Origin: Pseudovirgaria hyperparasitica
Lineage: Eukaryota
DNA length: 64,000 bases
Reading direction: 5' to 3' (one strand)
Assembly (NCBI GenBank): GCA_010093815.1
Contig: ML996565.1
Position numbers and translations under genes: made by a program. Below, piece after piece: positions 12,701-23,573 of the stretch (position 1 is its first letter; the number at the start of each line of letters is the position of its first letter). The notes beneath the pieces are model-generated. The model ran no database searches. It worked only from the letters and a program-made list of their open reading frames with translations, and was not told where the DNA came from.

Positions 12701-14924
12701 GACTGCGCCCGCGGTAAATACATCGCTCGATGCCCCGACGGCACAAACAATGCACACTGTTTCTGGGAAGGGATGTTTAAACGCCGTTCGAAAGCAGCAT
12801 ATGGTTGGCACAGCAATTGGCCCAGACTCCACAGACCCTCAGCCCATGGTCAACGGCAATTCACAGACGACCGACCCCCGTCGAAGAAATTTGACAACCA
12901 CGGTCAATCCAGCATCGAGCGAATGTCACCCAAAGTCGGTCCATGAAATTATTGCTACTATCCAAAAGCAATGTAAGGAGCCAGCTGAACGGCACAGAGA
13001 ATCTGAATCAGTAGAAGAACGTAGGAGGCACCAACGTAACAAGAAGAAAAGATGCGGTGACGATGGTGCTTTTGGAGCAGAGAACAATTGTAAAAGCAAA
13101 GACCAAGAGCGGAGAAATTTTCCAGCGGCTCCTGATGGCCATGGTCTGATTGCTACCAACGGGATGGAGAGAATACTGAAGGATTCTGGAAACGATTATC
13201 TCGCTCACGAGAAATCTTCACATGCCCCTCTTGCCAACACAGACGAAGCGCCACCTCTGCAGAACCTGACCGAAACCTTCAAAGGCTTATCGAAGCAGCA
13301 GATATCCAACGTGAATAGCTTGGCTGGAGGAATCTCAGAAGCTACCCTCAGAAATCGTAAAACTCCATGCGGCAAGCCAGAAGCGCGTATCATGACATCT
13401 GAGCAGGTCCAACGTAGAAAGCAAGAGCGCGAAGCCCGCCTCGCGCTCGATACGCAGAAGGTCATCGCGACTAAGTCAAGATCAAATGAACCAAAGTCTC
13501 TTCTCCAAAGACTCGAGCATGCAGCCGGAACGCCTTCGTCTCCGCCAGTGGCTATTCCCGTGCGCAGCGAGACTGCGAAAGCCAACCCTGAAAGTGGGCA
13601 GCATGCTAGCACTATCATTGATGACCTCAAATCTCTCAGTAGTCACCATCGCGCATTAGTGCAGTGGCGAGATGATGGGATCACTTACAAGGAATGCGCA
13701 GAGCGGTGGGCACAACTAACCTCGAAGCGGCTGAGTGTGAGAACTGTTCGCGATCTTTATAGTAAGATCACTGGCACCTATAAGCAACGAAAAGGATCCA
13801 GAGGGCGTGAAAGAGTGAGACCTGTTGAATCTCAAACCCACAAAGGGACTCAAAAAGTCCTCAGTTTCCAGGTAACAAAGGAACGAGCGACAAATACTTC
13901 CAACAGTCAGCAAAGTGAGCGATCGCATACGCCCACGAGCGCTGATAGTAGTGGTGACTACCTGCATTACCTTCTCGAGGATGGCGATGAAGATTGTGAA
14001 CCGCAGGTTGAGTCATTGCTAAACATGGATCCTGGTATCGTCGATAGTGCGGGAAGCAGCAAGCGTCCAACAACAGGTGGCAAAACCATGAGCAACTTGG
14101 CTTATCAGGCCTACATGGCTTCTCTTGAAGCAGACGCCGACGTTGATTCGGCATCCGACGTCGAAACCATGCCCGAAAGCTCTGGTGATGAAGAGTGTAT
14201 TGTGCGTGAATCATCGCCAATAATCGACCGTGACACATGCCACTTCGTATACCAAGTAAAGCGCAAGTTTTGGGCCAATGGTGAAAACGAGGATGACGCC
14301 GAATGGTATATAGTTACCAAGAAGGACAAGTACGAAGACGTGCGCCAAGCGAATATTGCGGCAATGGCAGAGCCCGCAATCGAGCGGTTTGGGCATGCTT
14401 ACGGTCTCGATGTGATATCGCATAGTAGTGTTATTGACATGAAGACACACATGACTACTATAACCTGGCAGACACCCTGGGGCCATACCAAAGTCATGGT
14501 CGATCGATATTTGCGCACGCAGCGTAATGGAATTAAGCCTTGCACCAAGATGCATTGGCTACCGCGTCAGATGTACATTGTCAAAATCATGACAAAGACA
14601 ATGAAGAGCGAAGATGACCCTGATGACCCGGAAAACTTGCTGATCAGTGAGGAAGAAGCGACGGTCGATGACCCGCGAGTCTTCACGATACTAGATCAAG
14701 CGAACAGGGAGGCAGCCAAAAGGGTCGTAGACCTGACGACGAATGGAGAGAGTAGGCGTATTGACGATATCCAGAAGCGGGAGCAGGTAAAGAAGAGATG
14801 GGAAGCAGCGGTAGACGGCATGATAGAAGATGGCAGGAGTTTGGATGAAGAGTTTCGTGTAGGTGAGGAGACGGAGTGCCGGGTATGGGTTGAAGTGAGA
14901 GATGTGGAAGGACCGAGAAACTGA
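9738..14924 (+). CDS. Large intronless hypothetical protein (1728 aa): mostly low-complexity, with coiled coils, a possible Myb/HTH-like segment and a globular C-terminal region
   Basis: Uninterrupted 5.2-kb ORF, S/P/E/R-rich. The helical segment LVQWRDDGITYKECAERWAQLTSKRLSVRTVRDLYSKI resembles small fungal HTH/Myb-like modules (inference). Confidence 0.85.
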   Translation: MRHSDVYTGGGRGHAHREPIGPSDTYAENMGEQRGIESNQEAEAYASSESFGTSEPRRPLQRRDSGFSQNRRYDPARHDQESPNAQTSINGKIPYHYQHRNSQPSHHDCDRLVNCRSSASNELLPKVENGDFAEGHSSSVQFFTHKPESRQLKAVELPKYQYASERMEEAALKMARVRKQRLEEQNRTAVGKARKYLHDARPLGRLTSPQGVSYARQLSSPSAVAPPRSAQPNPASRTREDHTSKGEHVHLPLDDNGLRQVKPSTFARQARMNGSQAPHLKSPDYESSSSESVCPKVSTSERTVGMHMPRKRNFSSIAEDEGSEEQDDRSLISVPATSLRAPSPRKRVVVADMQHCRNDSRDATLSSGASKSQQLREQNRQHDKSAREPRQRGQSTTKCIEIDESKLAHCQTGASKTQTATRPPALPQAMKPGRNADSAKSYSIGPISIGPTRKKVRVEEMHHLKAPVSLQKPTSGLSLPNSVLNDETVSKKVRPREEKESKSSRSASSTIRYRGGSLANGPRGVSKSIATPETPLNRAMPNLGRARLVQKLISRNKGPDNSKVGRLVDSPTVPQSLAQPVCQLMEKSSKPQNTAERVEETSDAQQSQVPIPEKMDTNMREPEDVPHTTRNHQHIEVMYKPVNASCHVGMKSSKANANSSNPEKSESVNTTESEVGKTLAAMNCIAIEPDAIESSNSCPDPEQSVSCQRPAPKADLDVLSTSTPTGPSLPAPASPTSAKVLPAQKAPTQSQVVHNLATLAWSESPAPTDGVATPSPTANPLTTYSQRPALAPIAVMSPSVPMSTILPHAPVANIFPSQALTVAPLYDPLLADDSSLFIPEPNEVPMAEELPRESNSPRTSFTFPEDLTMLEEGHDIKRSIAVRHLERITKEAENNQRRQRRNEEVLRMEEIFEKAKIEQNKAEKAESARLDGERTKQVLRDQAAQHKSAMCKADEEMREITRRHRDGADEARPDEEAIPPSSTTTIASTAPAVNTSLDAPTAQTMHTVSGKGCLNAVRKQHMVGTAIGPDSTDPQPMVNGNSQTTDPRRRNLTTTVNPASSECHPKSVHEIIATIQKQCKEPAERHRESESVEERRRHQRNKKKRCGDDGAFGAENNCKSKDQERRNFPAAPDGHGLIATNGMERILKDSGNDYLAHEKSSHAPLANTDEAPPLQNLTETFKGLSKQQISNVNSLAGGISEATLRNRKTPCGKPEARIMTSEQVQRRKQEREARLALDTQKVIATKSRSNEPKSLLQRLEHAAGTPSSPPVAIPVRSETAKANPESGQHASTIIDDLKSLSSHHRALVQWRDDGITYKECAERWAQLTSKRLSVRTVRDLYSKITGTYKQRKGSRGRERVRPVESQTHKGTQKVLSFQVTKERATNTSNSQQSERSHTPTSADSSGDYLHYLLEDGDEDCEPQVESLLNMDPGIVDSAGSSKRPTTGGKTMSNLAYQAYMASLEADADVDSASDVETMPESSGDEECIVRESSPIIDRDTCHFVYQVKRKFWANGENEDDAEWYIVTKKDKYEDVRQANIAAMAEPAIERFGHAYGLDVISHSSVIDMKTHMTTITWQTPWGHTKVMVDRYLRTQRNGIKPCTKMHWLPRQMYIVKIMTKTMKSEDDPDDPENLLISEEEATVDDPRVFTILDQANREAAKRVVDLTTNGESRRIDDIQKREQVKKRWEAAVDGMIEDGRSLDEEFRVGEETECRVWVEVRDVEGPRN

Positions 14925-15949
14925 GATGATTAGATAGCGTTTGTGTATATATTAGAAGTACCCTTTGACAATTTGGGTATCTGCTGCACTTCATCAACGC
15001 GAATTTTCAATGATGCATTTTTCTGTATCTGGAGTTATTCCTGTTGTGGTGGTTTTCATGGCAATGCTGGAATTCATCGCTGTGGTGCCGTTTCATACGG
15101 GTATAGATGAAAAAGAGGGGTTGATGCACTGAGCCGCTGTAATTATGGTTGTTCAGTGCTTTGGTTCGTCGATCTATGGTGTCTTTTGAGACAGCTTTTG
15201 CTTTACTTGCTCTCTAGTCCCCCTTTTCGGATCATAGGCTTTGAGCCTTGTATAGTATAAATTTTCTCATCATATTCTAGTTGTCCAATCCTCATAGTAC
15301 ATGCTAATCGACATCTACAGTCATTATTAAACCAAGAAATCGTGACAGACGGCAGCGTACGAAACAATGTCACTACGAAGCACCGCTAGCTGAGCCTGAG
15401 TGGTACGTTTCCTGGAAAAAACTAACCTATGTATGGACCTTGATACGTGAACCAGTTTCGAAGGTTAATAATCTCTTTTGTTTGATCTTAGATTAACTAA
15501 CCCGTGTAGGCCGATGTTATCACGTCCTCCTCCCGACCGTTTACGTATACGAAGGGCACCAGTTCGATTCCCACTCACGATATTCCTTTCTGAACAAAGA
15601 ATAACCAACTCAGTTCCTGGCGCCCCAAAGGGTCAGGTCAATGGTTCTGAGCAGAGTTTTCCCGCCACAGCGCGGTCTTTTTGCACCTTTTCTCCACGCG
15701 CTCGACGAGGTTTCTGTTGGAGGTGAAGATAACATTTTCCTCTTTTGTTAGAAACATGAGAGCTCAGTACTGTTTTAACCTTTTTTGATGCTAATTTGAC
15801 CTAATCTGATACATTCACAGCGAATGCTACACTTCTGCACCGGCTGCAAATGCAAATTCATTCTCAATACCTGCTGTATAGACTGCAAGCTTACCGGCAA
15901 GAGCATTAACCTAGAAAACTTGGAGCTACTGAGTGGAGTTTTCGCCATG

Positions 15950-18300
15950 AATCATACCCTATTTCTGCTTCTTGGAGTCAAGAGAAGCTTGTGGGCAAAG
16001 ACTGACTGCGCAGCAGAGATGAGACGCGATCCTCTAGCTTTTCGGCCTCCTTCACGTCCACAACACGAGCCCTACGAGTGCCAGACTACTGCACACATCC
16101 TCAACAAGCGCGCTAAATTAACACGTTCACGAGTGCCTTCTTCAGTTGCAGGGTCGTAAAGTAGTCCAAAGTGAACTGCAGCTCTGACCACGACCAGTGT
16201 TGCGATTCTAATGCTGGCAATGAAGATCTCTGATCAAGTCATACAGATTGTAAGAGCATTTATGAAGACCAATACATGTCTAACAGTGTTAAAAGTACTT
16301 CATGCACCCTCTGTATTGCTAAATTGGAATGTACCAAATGAGGGCGCATGCGCTACCAATAAAGACGTAGGAAGACTTTTATGGCGAGAGCAAATCGTCG
16401 AGTAGGCCAATCGCGGTGTTGCTGTTCCAGTCTTCTATGGAGCCGCCGCATTGAGATACAGGATATCATTTCATATGATAGACGAAATGGCAGTCTTCCA
16501 TCGGGGCAATAGCTGTAGTGACCTCGCAGAAATGGCACGTTTTGGTTCTGACAAAGGGTACCTTCAGTATGCCCGCAGCTATGAACTCGTCGTAAGATCA
16601 GCGAATGGTCCCTGTATCATCGGAACTTATGGAACTTGTACTGTTGAGCTTAGCTATTTTCAAGAACCCTCTCAGAACAATCGCATCTGATTTAGTACCT
16701 TGTGCATCCGACGCCCACGGTCGACGGAGACAGATGTCAAGCTTATAGATGCTACTGCCGCTATGCAAAAACTTCGGGGGATTGATATCTTAATGCTGGG
16801 TCAGATGCATATGCTCAATCACTGATGATGAGTTCGGTAACATGTGGATACAATAAATGCTTAGATATATCGGTAGCTATTTCGATGTCAGGAAGCCTGA
16901 GCTTTAGTAAATTGATAAGCCCACCATATAGACAGCTCTTGTTAGATGGGGAAGTCTCTATGTGTCTGTCTATGGGTGGTGGGAATTACTACATCTTAGG
17001 CGAAGCAGAAAATAATCGATTATATCTAGACTTCTAAATAGATCGATATTAAATGAGTCTTAAACCTCTTATAAAATCAGATTTACATCTACTAAGTTTT
17101 TAGTAATATATCCATTTATAACCATTAGACCTAGTATTATAGTTAGACTTAGATAACTTTATTATAATATTAGCTATAATATTAGAAGAACCTACTATAT
17201 AGTATTTATTCTAAGCTTATCTAAATAGACTTATAATATATATAATTCTAGCTTATATTAATATAGAATCTATTATATATAATAGTTTATAAAGCTTTTA
17301 GATTATAAGAATTATCTTCTAGTAATTCTTCTCTAGTAAATATCTTCTAGTAGTTATTTTTAAAATAAATATTATACTAGTAGATAACTAAAGATAAGTC
17401 TAGAAGTCTTTATAAGTCTACTTTAGTCTAATATTATACTAGAGTATATTAACTATTAGAAATTATTTATTTATCTTATACTTAGTAATATAAATAAGAG
17501 TTAAGTATCTAGTACTATAATTCTTCTATATATATCTTCTAGCTATAAAAAGAACTTTAATTTATTAGATATCTCTAGCTATTCTTAGATAAAGACCTAG
17601 AGACTTAAGTATTAGTAAAGAGTATTATCTAGATTGAAACGAATGGATATATCTAAGGTAAAATTTAAATATATCTAGTAACTGGGAAGTCTAAATATGT
17701 ATCGAAGATATGCTTCATCTTTAATAGGATAGGTACAAGGAAGCTGGTAAGCTGGTCCTCACATCTTGTGACATGGCATGATACCATTCAACGACAAGGT
17801 CCAGAGGACTGATGAAGTATTTCTCTGAGCTATAAATGTCTCCTTGGCTAGTAGTTCTCTTGTAATCTCAGAGCCTGGCGCTTTTCTTAGCCTTGATATG
17901 CTGAAATGTACGAATTGAACGCGGCTCGACTTTGTAAGACCTGAGCTTCTATGAGTCCTATCACTGGAAGTCAGATACCCCAAGTCTGTAGTACTATACC
18001 ACTTGTTTCATACACTTGGTGAATCCTTTTCCACTTATACACTTCTCTAGGCCCTATAATGCGCCACTGCACAGACGTGATTGACCCGTACTCATTCCTC
18101 CATGCTCGTGTGTGAAATCTTTCTCAACATCCGCCCATTGCGATGTTCTTCGCATGCTAAACTTGTTATCGGTCTCTTGTGTTATGGCTTCGCAGTCCTT
18201 CGTCCGATGAAGTAGGTGTAGTCATAATGAGTCGTCAACTTCGTCTCCATACGGCTCGCACATATTCAGAAATGAATCGCATGACTAGATCAGGTAAAGC
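15950..18300 (-). pseudogene. Probable degraded gene or element relic of unknown identity surrounding the RIP core; boundaries approximate
   Basis: Minus-strand frames read as protein-like stretches broken mostly by TAA/TAG, e.g. IEDWNSNTAIGLLDDLLSP*KSSYVFIGSACALIWYIPI*QYRG and YFISPLDLVVEWYHAMSQD. Such stops are expected from CAA/CAG C-to-T mutation. No transposase or RT motif recognised. Confidence 0.35.
17030..17710. repeat. AT-rich island with a repeat-induced point mutation (RIP) signature
   Basis: Abrupt AT enrichment with very abundant TpA. No CpA, TpG or CpG was seen between about 17126 and 17634. Confidence 0.88.
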
Positions 18301-20108
18301 GCACTGAGTAGTTCATCTGCTCCGAGTTTGCCTGCTTGACGGTGATAGCCGACATCAATCACTCATCGAAGGTGTGGTAGAGGACACTACTTGAGTAGTC
18401 AGGTATCTCGTGGAAGTTCCTTTGATGGAAGCACTTATCGGTGTCACACTGTGGTCAGGGAATGCATAATAGCGTATGCATTCCCGTCTAGAAAGGGCAA
18501 GTTGAATGGTGTAACTCCGTCATACATCGGCTAAACACAGTCGGTATAATTATATATTTCTGAAGAGCTTCGACCGGCATGTAAGACGCCATAAAGGTTA
18601 TAGACCCTTATCCAATTAGGGCTAGCGTCATATATGCAACGTTCAGGGATGTACAAGAATGGGCGAGCGGCTGTTGGTCGGCTCGCCTCTTACCGCACCG
18701 CAGGACACTTTACCTGGAATAGTATACGGAGATGTGCCGCTAAAGCTTACAGATACATATACATTACAAGGCTACCATGCTTAGCGCCGTCTATTATAAT
18801 TCTTTTGGCATCTCGAAAGTGTCCTCTCCATTCACCAGTCCTTTTCGACGGGCGTCCAAAAGTTTTCCCGTGCAGAAAACATTCCACTTGACTCCGTGAA
18901 GCGAGCTCCTGAGCTTCCTGGTCTTCCCTGACGTATCACTGAGCCTCTTGATTTGTGTCTGGGGAGATGAGGAGGCTGCTGTGCCGCACACTAACTTAAC
19001 ACCTCAGGCTGGATCCCGCGGACTCAAAGCTAACCACACCAAGGCATTGCAGGGGTACATAGAGGCTTGGGAGCCGTTGAATTTGCCGCCACCAAGTGCA
19101 AAAGTGATTCTCGTCTGAAATATAGGGCGGCGATAGATCATGGTGTGTATTGTGGCGCATTGGAATATTTAGTCGGCCTTGTACCCTTGCGGACTCGGTC
19201 CCCTCGGAACAAGCTCCGGAAAACGATTTCCTTCCCAGTTCCCCAATCTTTTTTGCACTTAGCATCGTCGAACACATTCTCATCGGAATTCTGAAACAGG
19301 CTAGACGTTACTATCGACTACTGATGCTTGGGCTATGACCTGAGCTCCGGGAAACGTGCTATTGTCAACCTACAGATTCTCCTTTCTCGTGGACAGGGAC
19401 CGTGAGAAGGTGAGAGATGGGGCTACTTTCGAAGAGAGATGCATGTCCCCAATGCCAGCAACGCTATGTGCTAGAATGCTATCATGTCTACTGATACCTC
19501 TAGTTCCATCTCAGAGCGCAAGCTGTGCCTGGCACCTAGCACCCTAGCTAAGCGCCATATTCACACCAGCCCTAGACTATGACCCGGAAATGGCTCCTTT
19601 AGCGTCGTTGACCATCAAGAGTAGCGTCTTAAAGTCCTGGGTAAAGGCTGGTCCTGCGCAATCCCTCTTCTTTCTTCAACACGCCGCACGACTGAAATTT
19701 TGGAGAATCCCCAACGCAACATTATCGTCTCTATCGCCAAAATCGACAGTTCAACGCTAAAGAATCACAATACGAGCTGATTTCAGCCTTTGTCGTAGCA
19801 TTTATCCACCGACCACCTTCTACCAGGCATCAGATATTTAAACGCACACGACTCACCATCCTTCACGAGATCAACGCTCACTGTAGAGGAGTGCTCACAC
19901 CATTTGGAGAGACACATGTAGGGCGACTCTCGGATTAGCCGGATACTTCATCAGAAGAACCATTCTGGTGGCCTCCACGACAAAGCGAAATTCAGAGCTC
20001 CCACCTCCAGAAGACTACATGCTTGCTGGACTGTAATTGTCTGCGTAAGCCATAGAACGTTCACTAAGTTACCCATACTGTTCGGCTACTCTATTTGTAT
20101 CAAAGAAG

Positions 20109-21830
20109 ATGGGGGGTCCTGTCATCTCCCGAATGAACGCCACACGTTCGAGGAAGCCTCGCTGGACTATTACGCGCCATGACAGTCGAACCACCAGCAG
20201 ATACATATCAAAGTACAGCTGTCTCGAGAAAGTCTCAGAAGGCCTCAGACAGGCCTTGCAACACGACGTACAATCGTTACAGAGTCTCTGTCTCACTTCT
20301 AAAGGTTGCCGCAACCTCGTGCAACCGATTCTTTACGCTCAAGGCTTGGAGACCTCATATGCCTTGAAGGACTCTCCTCAAGACTGGAGCGCAATTCTTC
20401 TTACGAGAACGCTACTCACGAACCCTCCTCTTGCGCAAAGAATCACGTCGTTGTCATTAATGACCCTTTCTTGCGGGTCCGACTTGGGCAAGGCTAAGAT
20501 AATCTGGAATGCACGAAGGAAACGGTGGGCGCCTGTGGGAAGGAAACTCTTAACCTTCTTCACCCATGAGGAACAGACGAAGCTTTTTGATGTTCTTGGG
20601 AATATCTCCGATATCCTCCTGGAATACAAGGCTATCCGACCCAAAGGCAGCTTGTCCCTCGAGCTTCGGGAAGCTATCTTCCCTGCACTGTTGTATCTGT
20701 GCCCGAATCTGAAGGATATACGTATCGGTAGCGTATTAGGTCCTTCGCAGCCCGATCCGATACTTATAGCGATTCGCCACTCTGGCCACAGCATACCTCT
20801 CCTGAGGAAGCTTACAACAGTGACATTATATCGGTGGCCTGACATAACAAATGTATACCAGCGTGAAACGAAGCAACAACTACTATATACATGGGACCTC
20901 CGAGATCTGCTACAAAGCCAGTCACTAACCCACCTGCACCTCGACTGGATCCATTCGCGGCCATTTCGTGGTCTCGACCTCGCCGTGAAATCGAACCTAC
21001 TGCACCTTGCAATCCGAGGCTTAGTAGCAACCAAAGACCTGGTCAAGCTCCTCGAATGCTGTCCCAGACTCCAACATTTTGAGTATGTAGTCATGATGGA
21101 CCATCCAGGACAGGAATGGGATTCCCGTGGCTTAGTCCCGGCTCTTTCAGAAGTTTCGCAGACACTTAAGTCACTCGCTCTCATACTACCACCACCTACA
21201 ACGCCCGAACCTGGGTGTATACCCGATCGACACCAGTACTATGTTACCGCAGATATGGTCAAGGACGACCATCAAGGCGAAGAGATCTGTAGCCTCGCCC
21301 CGTTCTCTCGGTTGACTAGTCTTACGATCGATATCCAAGAGCTAGCAATGATGGCAGCGCGGACAAAGAATGGTCTTATCCTTTCTTGTCTGCCGCCGAA
21401 CATTGAGGAGATCAAGTTGATATCAGGGGTGTCTATACTTGGTGCTTGTGACATATGCCAGTATGAATCTGTACTCTGCGCGACATGCGAGGAAGACAGC
21501 ATCCTCAGTCACCTAGTAGAAGAGCTTTTAGACGAGGGCCTGGCGCACCATGTTCCCAGACTTAGCAAAATTTACGTGCCAAAGCGCATTGATCTCAGGC
21601 CCAATACGGAACTTCAACGGCCTAGTCCACTGTTACCATTTCGTATGTCAGCATCGATCGAAATAGTTCAGGATCAAAGCGACACGAAGGTGTGGGAGCC
21701 AATGCAAATAGTTCTTTCCGACGCGGATATACGGACCGAGACAGAGGACTACCAGAATAACATGCACCATGTGCAGGATGGTGGATTCGAGCCACCATCT
21801 GAAGATTCGGATGAGGAAGATGATGGTTGA
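20109..21830 (+). CDS. F-box-like / leucine-rich-repeat (RNI-like) protein; true start uncertain
   Basis: 573-aa ORF with an F-box-like C-terminal half (LQSLCLTSKGCRNLVQPILY). It is followed by LRR-type units (CPNLKDIRI, LRKLTTVTL, SLTHLHL, CPRLQHFEY, TLKSLAL, FSRLTSLTI, LPPNIEEIKL) and an acidic tail. Confidence 0.7.
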   Translation: MGGPVISRMNATRSRKPRWTITRHDSRTTSRYISKYSCLEKVSEGLRQALQHDVQSLQSLCLTSKGCRNLVQPILYAQGLETSYALKDSPQDWSAILLTRTLLTNPPLAQRITSLSLMTLSCGSDLGKAKIIWNARRKRWAPVGRKLLTFFTHEEQTKLFDVLGNISDILLEYKAIRPKGSLSLELREAIFPALLYLCPNLKDIRIGSVLGPSQPDPILIAIRHSGHSIPLLRKLTTVTLYRWPDITNVYQRETKQQLLYTWDLRDLLQSQSLTHLHLDWIHSRPFRGLDLAVKSNLLHLAIRGLVATKDLVKLLECCPRLQHFEYVVMMDHPGQEWDSRGLVPALSEVSQTLKSLALILPPPTTPEPGCIPDRHQYYVTADMVKDDHQGEEICSLAPFSRLTSLTIDIQELAMMAARTKNGLILSCLPPNIEEIKLISGVSILGACDICQYESVLCATCEEDSILSHLVEELLDEGLAHHVPRLSKIYVPKRIDLRPNTELQRPSPLLPFRMSASIEIVQDQSDTKVWEPMQIVLSDADIRTETEDYQNNMHHVQDGGFEPPSEDSDEEDDG

Positions 21831-22656
21831 AGATCTCATACTATAACCACTACCAAATTTCGATTATAAGACGGTATGAAAACTGCTCTTCCATGGAAAT
21901 CAACCGTGTAGCTATACAAGGCACACGCGAACCACGACGATCATACATATGGCAATGACTCTGTAAACCGAACAGTGCCGAGCTAGACAAGAATCGAATA
22001 AGGATATCCAACGGGCTGACCAGGTTGGGCAGAATATTCACCGTCAGGTACTACTGCTAAAGCAAGCTTGCAAAGACAAGATGTCCATCCTTTCCAATGG
22101 GTGAAGGCTGGGCAATACACAGTCTAGCTACGAAGCATAGTGGTCCTGTCGAATATGTATCAGATAAGCCATATGATTATGTATATTTTTGATGATGCGT
22201 CCGCCAGACACGATAGAATAACGTTGTAGAGAGATTATGAAGAAAAACTACGTGTCGGAAAAAAGCTACGTGTATGTAGATAAAATTTCTCCAGAAACAG
22301 GGAATGTCAATTTATTCGCATCCGGCAACCGCAGACGTATTCTTGAGACAATAAAAGCAGACTTCCGCTTTAGGACTAGTTCGGCACGCAACGGCGTACG
22401 GTACCGACGAATGTTTCTGAGCTCAACATTTCTTCCTTTCTTTCAAACTTGCGACCCTGTAAATCTCGTCACAGACAACATGTACAAGCCATGACCAAAC
22501 CCACTCTCTAACCTTCAATCTCTAACCTCTTGAACTGGCCTCTACGAACGCAAGCTTCTGCACGACTCCGATCCAACCTCTTCCTCGAGCCCTCCAAGCT
22601 CCCTCGCGATCTATGATCTGAACGCACATTCCGAACTGCGAACCCTGAAGGCAACA

Positions 22657-23457
22657 ATGCCCGCCGCAGTATATTACCTGCCCGACGCCCCCTCCTCCAT
22701 CCTCCCTAACATTCAAGCCACCCTCCGCGCCCTACACGCTCGTCTCCATCATTCGCGCTTCACCCTGGAACACCGCCTTTTCCGCTCCACGCCCGGCCCT
22801 TCCACCGCGCCGGCGCTGCTACACATCCTCACCCTTGCACATCGTTCGCATACCCACCTCTATGCGCATCCCTCGGACTCTAGCAATACTAGCGGCAATA
22901 GAAACAGCAGCGACAGTGGAGGTGGACACAACAATAGGGCCAGCGGTAACATCATTGCTATCCCCACTACGCACGCAAACGAGTACCGCGATTTACTCGT
23001 CGGCAAGATGAGCGGGCTATGGGCGCCGCGGTCCGCGCTCAGCGTGGCGGGCGGTGAGGTATGGAGTCTTGGCAGCGCGGATGCAGATGGCGATGTGGAT
23101 GCGGCCGCGTATGTGATGCGCATTGGGGAGGTGCGGACGCTGGGTACGAATGCGCAGCCGCGGGGCGTGATTATTGTTGTGGAAGAGGGCATCGGGATTG
23201 AGGGTGACGAAGATGAAGAGGACGAAGCCTGGGATATAGATGTGCAAGGAGGAGGTCCGGGTGGTGAGGAGGAGGAGGAGATGGGGAAAAAGGTAGAGGT
23301 TGCGGCGGCGGCAAGTTTGATGGGACTCCGCGAGGTGTGGGAGAAGATTGGCGTGAAGGGGGCGAAGGAGACGGTGGGGAGGTTTGCAAGAGGAGAGAGG
23401 AGGCGGGAGGAAGCCGAGGTGAGGATGTGGTGCGAGGTACTAAAGCTGAGAAACTGA
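22657..23457 (+). CDS. MED20: Mediator of RNA polymerase II transcription subunit 20 (Med20/Srb2)
   Basis: Motif order MPxxVYYLP..RFTLEHRLFRSTP..LWAPRSALSVAGGEVW..MRIGEVR..PRGVIIVVE..acidic stretch..WCEVLKL resembles filamentous-fungal Med20. Confidence 0.7.
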   Translation: MPAAVYYLPDAPSSILPNIQATLRALHARLHHSRFTLEHRLFRSTPGPSTAPALLHILTLAHRSHTHLYAHPSDSSNTSGNRNSSDSGGGHNNRASGNIIAIPTTHANEYRDLLVGKMSGLWAPRSALSVAGGEVWSLGSADADGDVDAAAYVMRIGEVRTLGTNAQPRGVIIVVEEGIGIEGDEDEEDEAWDIDVQGGGPGGEEEEEMGKKVEVAAAASLMGLREVWEKIGVKGAKETVGRFARGERRREEAEVRMWCEVLKLRN

Positions 23458-23573
23458 TACGGGATGGATGGAAAAAGGAACCTGGAAAAGTTTAGCTATG
23501 ATACCCACTAACAAAAGCACTTCTTCGACACAACACGGATAGCGAGTCCTACTATACAATATATACACACCCC

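Noticed and set aside
20109..20181. HLPNE (F-box start-like) in an alternative frame after a G-run, suggesting a frameshift
   Set aside because: The following residues do not fit an F-box and a stop follows; four residues are not enough evidence.
20378..21184. 268-aa antisense ORF and many similar antisense ORFs over long genes
   Set aside because: Shadow frames of genuine genes with no motifs of their own.
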